DNA of 64,000 nucleotides, taken from positions 5,364,483 through 5,428,482 of the forward strand of contig SMSO01000032.1 in assembly GCA_004764695.1 (NCBI GenBank), written 5' to 3'. Both the position numbers and the translations under genes were made by a program. Below, piece by piece: positions 55,501-64,000 of the stretch (position 1 is its first letter; each line of letters begins with the position of its first letter). This stretch comes from Schizochytrium sp. TIO01. Its lineage: Eukaryota; Protista; Bigyra: Labyrinthulomycetes. The notes beneath the pieces were generated by a model. The model did no database searches and was not told the DNA's origin. It saw only the letters and a program-made list of their open reading frames with translations.

Positions 55501-56069
55501 TATCACGAGATCAAGATTTTCAAAAAATATTTCATAGCTTGACCACTTCCGCGTCATATGTTCAAGCTTCTCAGGAGTGAAGACGATTACATTTGCATCA
55601 TCAAGCATCCGCTGGCTTACACGCTTGTCACTTGTGGCGGCTATACATTTCACACCGTGCCGACCAAACTGCTCGTTCCAGTCCTCCACAACTTGTCTAC
55701 AAAGTGCCCGGGTTGGGGCCAAGAATATAGCCTTGCGACGAAAAATAACACAGCTACCTGTTACAAGCGATGAATCATGCAATTATTGAACGCGTAGAAC
55801 TAGCAGTGAGTCTTTCGCGTTCGCACAAGGCCTTCACAAAGGCTTTCGTCTAGCCAAAACTCCGTCTCAGAATCCCAGCAGCTATGGTAGGTTTTCCAAT
55901 GCAGAAACTTACGAATCATCGCCATAGCAAGCACCAGTGACTTGCCGCTGGAGGTTGGTGCCGACAGCACGAATGAGATGCCGTCGTCCAGAGCCACGGG
56001 TCGACACGCAATCTGCATCGCGTTCAGCTTCGCTGGCAGCCAGTCTCCATCGTGCAAATCATCCATCAT
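52504..56069 (-). CDS. HFM1: Meiotic DEIH-box helicase MER3/HFM1, ~1136 aa; exons 56069-55913 and 55757-52504
   Basis: SAPTSSGKS, FLAPTRALC, TPEK, MDEIHLL, SGTLPN, FGPEFRPCPL, TSTLAQGINLPAHLVIIKGT, QMTGRAGR, one Sec63-like region and a disordered tail. Phase-1 intron GTAAGT(55912)..AACAG(55758) joins the two ORF-track pieces in frame. Confidence 0.88.
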
Positions 56070-56558
56070 GCGCTGCAATTGCTTCGATCGAATTCGAATT
56101 TGAATTTTAATTTTCAAAAAGGCAGGAAAGATTCAAATTTTGGCAACCCTTGTTATCTTTTGAGAGAAGTAGTTCAAGTTAAATACGGAGACATACATAC
56201 ATACATAAGGACAAGTTCGGAACTAAAGCAGTGAGGAGAGAATGTTTGAAAATAGGATACATAGTGTACAGAAATCAATAATAGTATACAGGAGGCGCCA
56301 GCGGAGGGGCGCGGCGAAAGAGACGGCAGAGATCCTCTAGGTCACAAAGTGGGTGAACTTGTGTATGTAGAAGAGTATCTGTAAATCCAAAAAAGGTTTT
56401 GATGAAACACCCAGTGAAAGTTAGTTATGCAGTTCAATATATCGCAAACTCGATTTTGCACCCGATTCAATCCCACCAAACCCCCAGGATGATTGATACA
56501 CAAAGTGCAAGAAAGCAAAAGGTCAGCATGTTAAATTATTGATGTGCTGTTGAGAGAG

Positions 56559-56641
56559 CCCCTCAGATTGCAGTTAAAAAATAAGCAATCATCATGATAG
56601 TTGAATATCAGACAGCTCCAGAAATGTGATCCTCCTTGGGG
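56559..56641 (-). ncRNA. Box C/D snoRNA, dual guide to 18S rRNA
   Basis: Terminal CCCC/GGGG stem; variant box C AGGAGGA (56630-36); guide UUCUGGAGCUG with D' CUGA (56608-11); C' AUGAUGA (56589-95); 13-nt guide UUUUUAACUGCAA complementary to conserved 18S UUGCAGUUAAAAA, followed by D CUGA (56563-66). Confidence 0.8.
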
Positions 56642-56888
56642 AATACTCAACAACATCAACACAAATATGAACAGACAGATCAGACCATATTCGCATGCAA
56701 GCGCTTGTGACACATCTTACGCATTCCCTCAGTTCTCCAAAATGATGTCCGCACGTAGTCAATTACTCGGAGCAGATCTTGATTTATGGTTTGTCCTCCT
56801 TGGGGTATGTATGCGTATCGCTTTGGCACTGCTAGAAGGGGTTTTCCCTTTTAGCTCGGATGTGTTTAGAATCCAGGTTGATATGTAT

Positions 56889-57177
56889 GAATGTATGAGT
56901 CATGGCAGGCGCACCCCCTGCTCCAGACGGCTTCGAGAAATGGCCCTCCCTTGCCCCGAAAGGCATGGGAGATCCGAGCTCTGGGCGCATCCCGCACTTG
57001 TACCGCGAACGGCTCAAGCGCACGCAGGCAGACTTCTTGCCCACCAAGTCTCACAGAGCGCAAGGCCCTTTGCTCTGGCACCGGCATGAAAGTCACGGCG
57101 GCGTTTATTCGCTTCCCGCTCCAAAACGGAGCCAAAGATGCGGCGCCTCGCGACTGATTAAAGGTGCTGCCTGACCC
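56889..57177 (-). ncRNA. Large box H/ACA snoRNA guiding an LSU rRNA pseudouridine
   Basis: GCACC/GGUGC basal stem, AGUCGCG/CGUGACU upper stem. Pocket UUAAUC plus UUCAUGC pairs 13 bp with LSU GCAUGAA-UG-GAUUAA. H box AGAGCA (57071-76) lies 14 nt from the upper stem; ACA at 56892-94. G-U pairs and UUCG loops indicate the minus strand. Confidence 0.8.
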
Positions 57178-58109
57178 AGGCTTCTTCATCACTAAACCAA
57201 CCCTAACCATCAAAACTTGAACATTTCCAGCAACGTTTACCCGGTCTGCATAGATGAGCAATCAAACACAGCTCATGATCCTATCTCGAAAAAGATTCAG
57301 ATAATCCATATCGATCACGACCATCAAAGATCGCCGTGCCCAGAACGGAGGCGATCGAACCGATTTCGCAATTTTTCATGGGGACCATGTTATACTTGCT
57401 TACTCTACCAGATCTCGCCACACTACACCTCACGAAACCCAACCATACGTACCTCCTCATAGCTTACTGCTCATTCGCCGCGCCGCACAGCCGCCATCGG
57501 CGACGGATTCGATCTCATTTTGAGATTCGGGTTTGCTGCGAAGGATTTGCTTTCTGCAGCGCCCTTCCCTTGGCTCCAAGCCCCTCGCCACCACGCAATC
57601 CCTCCTAACCTCCTACCTATCCCAAACTATACTAGTCGTTCCATTACGTTTCAATGTGTTCTTTGACACATTTGCTTGGTCCCCCTCTTCACTGTGGTTG
57701 GCGCCGATTTTGCGGCCACAGGCAGACTTTGGCGGTTTCTGGAGAATCAGTTTCCGGTGCTCCTGGCAAGGGAAGATGCGTTCTGGAAGCACATTGTAGT
57801 TTGTGAGTCCTCTGGTAGGTTATTTACGTGGTGTGACATAAGATGGTGATGACAGCATTGGATAGAAGAGAATAAGATTAAAGAGGCCTAACAAAGAGGT
57901 CTAAAACACCTAGCTCTGCGAAGCCCTATTTGGCGCCTACTGCTCAAGCGGAGATCCCTCGCGACCAGTGGTGCGGGAGCGCGCGAGCAGCTGCATTCGC
58001 GCGAGTTGAAGTGAGAGCACTTGCGTGAATTCTCTTCGGAGGGTTTTTTGATAAGGTTAGAACCACCTCCAATCAGTTTCGACGCGTCTCCGGCGCAGAC
58101 TTGGCCATC

Positions 58110-59351
58110 ATGGCAGAGATTGTCGCCGCTCAGGCCGACGCTGAGCGCCGTGGCGCCGCTGCGAGAGATGGTGAGCGCAATGCCAACGAAGAAGCGGATG
58201 CTGCTGCCTTGGAGGCCATCCTGAACTCCTCGGACTCTACTCGCGATCTTGCGAGGCGCATGGATGACCTCGTAACCAGACTCAAGCGCCGGAGGTTCAA
58301 GTCCTCTTTTGAGCTCACGAGAGAAACTCTTCGTTTAGTTCGACTTTTGGTCAACGTCAAGAAATGGTCCGGACCTCGCGAGATGCTTCAGGTTGTCAGA
58401 GCATTTGGGCGTCGTCTTGTCAAAGCTCGCCCTGTTGAACTCGTGGTCGGAAACGTTTTCCGTCGTGTTATCCATATGGTCAAGGAAGAATATTTCCGTA
58501 TGCTCAAGGAAACTCAAGATGAAGCGCTCACAGAGGCAGCCACAACTGGAAAGCTTGTGAATGCCCTTGATCCCAAGGGTAATATCTTGCCTAACCGCGA
58601 TCTTGGAATTCGTATTGAAAACATGTCAGATACTCCGGACTGGAACGTGCGCAATGCTGCTGTAGAGGGTATCACTGAGATCCTCGAGGAGATGGAGAAC
58701 CTTGTGGAACCAATCTCAACGCAAGCATTGGACCACATCCACGCCAATGAGACGATTCTAGTGTATGGCGAGTCAGAGACAGTTTTTGTCTTCCTCAAGG
58801 CTGCTCGCCGCAAGCGTGACTTTCGCGTGATTGTGGCGGAGGCTTCTCCCGAATATGGTGGTCAGCGCATGGCCGATCGCCTCAGTTCTGCAGACCCTGC
58901 CCGTCCTGGAGATCGTAGCATTCCTACCATGGTTATTCCGGACTCCAATATCTTCGCCATTATGCCTCGTGTAAACAAGGTCATCATTGGCACTCGCGCC
59001 GTTATGGCGAACGGCGGGCTCATCGCGGAAGCTGGTATGCACATGGTGGCTCTCGCTGCACGTGAACATGCTGTGCCTGTCATGTGTGTCACAGGTCTCT
59101 ACAAGCTCTGTCCGTTGTTCCCATACAACCGTGATTCCTTTATTGATCTGAAGAGTCCGGGTCCCACTTTGCCTTACGCAAGCTTGGGCGAGTTGTCCGA
59201 TAGCATTCAGGTGTTGACCCCCACCTGCGACTATGTCCCTCCTGAGCTCGTAGACGTGCTCATCACCAACAACGGCCCTCATCAGCCCAGCTATGTGTAT
59301 AGGTTACTCTCTGAGCAATACGACACTAACGCTGAAGAGGATCTCATGTAA
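58110..59351 (+). CDS. EIF2B2: Translation initiation factor eIF2B beta subunit, 413 aa
   Basis: GRRLVKARPVELVVGNVFRRV, QALDHIHANETIL, VIVAEASP, FAIMPRVNKVIIG, ANGG, YKLCP, DYVPPELV, PSYVYRLLSEQY. Confidence 0.95.
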   Translation: MAEIVAAQADAERRGAAARDGERNANEEADAAALEAILNSSDSTRDLARRMDDLVTRLKRRRFKSSFELTRETLRLVRLLVNVKKWSGPREMLQVVRAFGRRLVKARPVELVVGNVFRRVIHMVKEEYFRMLKETQDEALTEAATTGKLVNALDPKGNILPNRDLGIRIENMSDTPDWNVRNAAVEGITEILEEMENLVEPISTQALDHIHANETILVYGESETVFVFLKAARRKRDFRVIVAEASPEYGGQRMADRLSSADPARPGDRSIPTMVIPDSNIFAIMPRVNKVIIGTRAVMANGGLIAEAGMHMVALAAREHAVPVMCVTGLYKLCPLFPYNRDSFIDLKSPGPTLPYASLGELSDSIQVLTPTCDYVPPELVDVLITNNGPHQPSYVYRLLSEQYDTNAEEDLM

Positions 59352-60032
59352 TACTTTGCAGAATGGAAAGCTCCTTTTCTTTACATCTCTCAATTCCCTC
59401 GCTTCGTCTCAACTAATCCCCTCAATCATCACCCATAATAATCAAAATCATCTCCTTGTTTATGTCTGATTAAATACGTTTCCTATATCATATTGATGAG
59501 TAAAGGACCCTCGCACCCTTTGTATTTTAAAAGTACATCGTGTAATTTACAGCCATTTCATCTCTGGTGAAATTTCCTTATGATTAGTATAGTAGATTTT
59601 TGGCAGACAACTATGTTGTACAATAAATTGTCAAGCTACGCCTTTGGGCGGTAAGACGAAGTTCACTGAGTTCGTCTTTCTTTAGTGTAATTATGGTAAA
59701 ATATGAATATATGTGCGATCCTGATTAATACAACTACTAGAATAAGAGTTAAGCATTTGACAGTGCCAACCACGGAGCTCTCATTGACAGAATTTATTAA
59801 GATTAGATAGAGACAATTCAAACAAAAAATCATGATACGAGCAGTGATCGTCATCGATACAGCAAAGGAAATTAGAGGTAACGAAAGTCACGAAATTTTG
59901 ATATTGTTTAGTTCTAAAGGATTACACACGAAAAGTTATAAAGGGGCGAAAAGAAGGAGTCAAGGATCCTACATGCTTGAAAATCAGCAAAAGCAGTACT
60001 CAATAAATCAGACCAATCAGATCATCAAAGGT

Positions 60033-60890
60033 TTAAGCCGTCGACTGGTCAACGGTCTCCTGTGCAGGCGGAACAGGTGCCTCAGTCGAGGTTGCCGCAG
60101 GAGTAGTAGTAGCAGTAGACGCAGCAGCAGAAGCCTGATCAGCGAATTTGACCTGCTTTGGGCTCGCCTTTACAGCACTCTCTGCAGCCTCACTCTTGGC
60201 ATCATCCTCATCATCGTTTTCGTCCTCCTCGCCCTCCTCATTATCCTCATCGTCAGCGCTATCATCTTCGTCGTTTGCATCGTCATTGTCATCATCGTTT
60301 GCATCATTGTCATCATTGTTTTCGTCATCACTTTCCTCACCATCATTTTCCTCACCATCATCATCATCATCTTCTTCTTCTTCTTCTTCTTCATCCTCAC
60401 GGCTAATCTCCTTGATAACAAAGACGCCGTCCTCCTGCTTGTAGATTGCAATGGTGCCATCATCGAGTTTACGCAAGATAGATCTGCGTTCTCTCTCGCG
60501 GAGTGTGGCGACGTAGCGCTCAATCTCACGGGCGTTCGCTCGAGGGAGCATGGCAAGATCTCCGCTTCCCTTGCTGCTTTGAGGCAAAGGATCTACGCAG
60601 ATCGGACACACATGTTTTCCTTTAGCGCAATCGTCGCAGAGTTTGTGATAAGCCCTCGTGACAGTATGCTCCTTCTCACAGAGCACGCACTTGCGGGCCG
60701 TCTTGATGGGCTTGTACTTGCGGAATTTCTTGCGCCATTCGATCTTCTCGTCACACCTTTGGCAAAGTCCGTGGTGCTGGATCGAGAGAATGTTGAGCGT
60801 CTTCTTCGAGTTCTTGTTGTGCTTGAAGGCAAAGCTGTTCTGGTGCTTTTGGCCACGAGACCGGCCCCGATCTCCGCGAGCCGTCGACAT
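60033..60890 (-). CDS. C9orf85/DUF2039-like Cys-rich protein with long acidic tail, 285 aa
   Basis: QKHQNSFAFK, GLCQRCDEKIEWR.KF.KYKP, four CxxC pairs, YHKLC; D/E-rich C-terminus. ATG at 60890. Confidence 0.88.
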   Translation of the reverse strand: MSTARGDRGRSRGQKHQNSFAFKHNKNSKKTLNILSIQHHGLCQRCDEKIEWRKKFRKYKPIKTARKCVLCEKEHTVTRAYHKLCDDCAKGKHVCPICVDPLPQSSKGSGDLAMLPRANAREIERYVATLRERERRSILRKLDDGTIAIYKQEDGVFVIKEISREDEEEEEEEDDDDDGEENDGEESDDENNDDNDANDDDNDDANDEDDSADDEDNEEGEEDENDDEDDAKSEAAESAVKASPKQVKFADQASAAASTATTTPAATSTEAPVPPAQETVDQSTA

Positions 60891-62578
60891 GATCGCCTTC
60901 TGCTGCTGCACAGACCTTAAAAAACTTTTCCCCAAGGACCAGAAAGTCCAAACTTGACTCTATACCGACTAAACTGCGCAGAGCCTCGTTGACAAGCACT
61001 GCCAATCCGGTTCGAGGAATGCCCAGGCCCTTCGGTCTGATGTTTTCACGCTGCGTGGCTGGCTAAGGCGCTTCCCTATGTAAGCATACATCACAGAACG
61101 CCATTCGTTCTTTATTAACAGTAATATGTACCGTCACCATTCATCGCAAGAATTCCTAAGGATAGATAGGACTACACTAACCTAATAACACTGAAGCTCC
61201 AAAGAGGAGAGCCAGATGAACAAGATGGAGAGTACCTACCTAACCCAAGATGGGTAATTTCACACGAGGTTCATTTTGCACGAGGGATAAACGCGAACAA
61301 ACGCAAGAACTAGGTGAGACGATGTGATGAGGAGATGGAGAATGGATCAATATTGCATCTTCATCACCACAAATGATGAAGAACATGAGGTATTTGGGCG
61401 AATAAATCTAGCGCTTTTCCTATTGAAAATTATACTACTACAACTAGGTCTATCCTGTAATGATCTGGTCTATTGCTATTGCTATAGGTCTAAAGCTGGG
61501 CTGGTTCAATGAGTATCTTCACTACCGATCGTACAGCTTACCATCAACGCTAGAGGTTTAGCTTGAGTTCACGATGAGTAATCGTGACACTTGTTTGTTG
61601 CATTGCCTGGTCTTTGCAAATATCTCGGTATGTGGGATAGTAAGACCTTTTGTCTGCTTGAAATTCAAGAGTCAATGAGATAAATTTTGTATGTCAGTAC
61701 TATATTTGTTTTCGAATATTCCCCATTTGAGTGTCATGGCCCCTTGTTCTTGCAGAAAATTGGTTAGCATTTAACTTGAGATACATAAAGTTACTCTACT
61801 GATAAATTCAACTAAAATTATCTTTTCACATACGCCTATTCAAATAATTTGATACGTAAGTGGGATCTCACAATCGTCTTTGAATATTCTTAAATTCCTC
61901 CGAAAGGCTCGCAGGTCAATTTCATCTGATTGAAGTAAACCAGCTCTTCAGGCCAAACAGACCACGTCATAAACTATCTCAAAGCTTACGAACACTTGCT
62001 TTACTCGTTTATCTCGAAACTTTCTTTGAGAACCTTGATTTGCTCAGGATGTAGAACTGCACGCACTGGCTACATGAAAAAATCAACTTCTGTTCACTTT
62101 GCAAATTTCACCCCATTCAATGATATGATAAAACTGTACACAAAGAAGTCTTCTAGGTCTTCAGAGCTAGAAGTGTTCGGAGCCATCGTTTTTCTTCTAT
62201 CGTCCCTACCCAGTCCTGTACTAGTATTTTCTCCCAGAACTAGATTGTGGATGTGCCAAGATTCAACAATATCATACTACAAACGCTTCTATATACGGAC
62301 ACTAGGTTCCTCCACATTTGATAATGTTGAGTGCACCTCGTATGGGTGGTAGTAGGGAATACAGGGAACATTTGGGGGGCTTATGAGGACCACTGCTTGG
62401 ACAGGGTTGGCGAGGTATTCGAGGGTGGCAAACGAGAAAACTTGGAACAGAGGGTGCTTGCGTCAGTGAATACTTTGTAAGACAACGGGACTGGAGGCAC
62501 CCGCGTGAATTCCTGAGCAAAGTTGGTTTTTTGTTAAGCAGGAAGGTCGTCAGTCTCTGCCTTGCGTGAGATTTCAAC

Positions 62579-64000
62579 ATGGCCGACGACGCCCAGACAC
62601 AGCAGCTGGAGCAGGTCCTACTAAGGATCAATGTGCCGAACACAGCTGTCGTTAAGGAAGCCGAGGGCCAAATTAGACAGGCCTTGAAAAACAGAGAATG
62701 CGTGGTAGCCATGCTCAAACTTCTGCGGTTCTCGCAACACGTCGCAGTGCGTCAGCTCTGTGCAGTGTTGCTACGACTCCGTCTCGGCGAGGTGTGGACT
62801 TCTCTCTCGCCCGAAGTTCGTTCTCAGGCTAAATCTTTTCTTCTTGAGGCCCTCGCTGCAGAGCCTGAGCGCATTGTGTCCTTGAACACAACATACGTTG
62901 TTTCGACAGTTGGCAAGCGCGAAATGCGTGATGCCGGAATTCAGGGTTGGCCTGAACTGCTGCAGTTCTTGCAACAATTTGCACAATCCGAGGCACCTCA
63001 GCAACAAGAACTTGCGATGCGTTTGTTTTTCGCGCTCACAGAAACCGTTGGTACCGTGTTCCAGCCACACTTTGCCGACCTGCGACAACTTTATGGACAT
63101 TTGCTACAAAATGCCCAGGATTCTCGTGTGCGAATTGCCGCACTTAAGGCGGCTGGAGCACTCGTGGATTTCCTGAGTAGCGGTGAAGATGTGCTCATTT
63201 TCCGTGACCTTGTGCCCTTGATTGTCCAAGGCCTTGAAGCAAACTATCAGGATGAGGCCGTTGCTGTGCAAGTGCTCGACGTCTTGGGCCAGCTCGCCGA
63301 GAGCCCCGTACCAATTCTGAACAAGAGCATCAAAGATCTCGTGCGTGTAATTCTCACGATCCTTCGTAGCGGCGAGGAGGTGGAAGACGGTATCAAGGAT
63401 GCGGCGGGTATGACTCTTGCTACAGTTTTAGGATGCAAGTCTCGATTTGTGATCAAACATGGTCTGGTGAACCCGATTCTCGAGACTGCTATCCAGGTGC
63501 TCTCGAACGAGTACCCGCGATTTGTGCAAACCATTTCACGCCAAGAGCTTTCCCAGGAGCAAATTATGCTGATGAAACAAAACAACGAGGCTGATGGCGA
63601 GGATGATGGTGAGGATTCCGAGGAGGAACTCGGTGCCAGTCAGTTGGGCCCACGTCTCATCGGCTCGCTAACTGTGAATATCGCTTCTCGGCACATTTTG
63701 GAGCCCCTAGTCCGTGTGGCCTTTGATCATTTGAGCCGTCCGGGTCAGCAGGGTGGCGCTGTCCCTCACCAGTGGCTCGGTTTGAGCTTACTGATCCATT
63801 CTACTGCTGGACTTGCAGAGGAATACACTGAAACTTCCGTGCTCGAAGAAATGCTTAAGCGCGTGGTTCCTATCGCTTGCTCCAGCTCTTCAGCAGTTTT
63901 ACGTGCCACTGCACTGATGTGTCTGACCGAGTGGGTTGAGCACCTTGCTCCGAACATTTGGACTTACATGCCGGATCTCTTGCCGCATGCGGTGCAGCTT
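62579..64000 (+). CDS. IPO4: Importin-beta family karyopherin (importin-4/Kap123-like), 3' end outside window
   Basis: Frame read from ATG 62579: MADDAQTQQLEQVLLRINVPNTAVVKEAEGQI..VRQLCAVLLR..W..L..WPELLQFL, HEAT-like helices and an acidic loop. Absent from the ORF track, consistent with no stop inside the window. Confidence 0.85.
   Translation, partial: MADDAQTQQLEQVLLRINVPNTAVVKEAEGQIRQALKNRECVVAMLKLLRFSQHVAVRQLCAVLLRLRLGEVWTSLSPEVRSQAKSFLLEALAAEPERIVSLNTTYVVSTVGKREMRDAGIQGWPELLQFLQQFAQSEAPQQQELAMRLFFALTETVGTVFQPHFADLRQLYGHLLQNAQDSRVRIAALKAAGALVDFLSSGEDVLIFRDLVPLIVQGLEANYQDEAVAVQVLDVLGQLAESPVPILNKSIKDLVRVILTILRSGEEVEDGIKDAAGMTLATVLGCKSRFVIKHGLVNPILETAIQVLSNEYPRFVQTISRQELSQEQIMLMKQNNEADGEDDGEDSEEELGASQLGPRLIGSLTVNIASRHILEPLVRVAFDHLSRPGQQGGAVPHQWLGLSLLIHSTAGLAEEYTETSVLEEMLKRVVPIACSSSSAVLRATALMCLTEWVEHLAPNIWTYMPDLLPHAVQL

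Larger units (their letters stand above)
56250..57580 (-). ncRNA. Putative spliced non-coding snoRNA host transcript
   Basis: Donor GTACGT (57452) to TAGCAG acceptor (56832/56829); donor GTAAGA (56720), branch ACTAAC (56420-25), acceptor TTTACAG (56379). Each intron holds a snoRNA, and the exons give only short ORFs. Transcript ends are approximate. Confidence 0.6.

Noticed and set aside
55758-55912. Frameshift or pseudogene in MER3
   Set aside because: Resolved by a canonical GTAAGT..CAG phase-1 intron.
56889-57300. RNase P/MRP, U3, SRP, telomerase or cobalamin riboswitch identity for the structured RNA
   Set aside because: No CR-I/CR-V P4 pair, only a 7-nt U3 box A match, no SRP helix 8, no telomeric template on the structured strand; the H/ACA pocket explains it better.

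Overview
Eukaryotic protist DNA with GT-AG introns and CTAAC branch points. The gene set, codon style and dense AAAC/GAAT/CAGAG microsatellites suggest a stramenopile, probably a thraustochytrid (inference). The left 46 kb is gene-poor. It holds four tandem, intronless, minus-strand aquaglyceroporin (MIP/GlpF-like) paralogues with diverged selectivity filters, separated by long spacers. Three of the four have a GC/AT microsatellite mosaic directly upstream, and there are a few tandem repeats and a probable decayed kinase remnant. The right 18 kb is gene-dense: G-protein beta, a membrane-anchored Cys-form SelW/Rdx protein, AIDA, a divergent NAD(P)-binding-fold ORF, the meiotic helicase MER3/HFM1, eIF2B-beta, a C9orf85/DUF2039 protein and the 5' part of importin-4. 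The main signal missed by the ORF track is at 56.3-57.6 kb (minus strand): an apparently non-coding spliced snoRNA host gene. It carries a large (~290 nt) H/ACA RNA with a 13-bp pocket for the LSU rRNA GCAUGAA-U-G-GAUUAA site, and an 83-nt dual-guide C/D RNA with a non-canonical box C aimed at two 18S cytosines in the helix 18 region.
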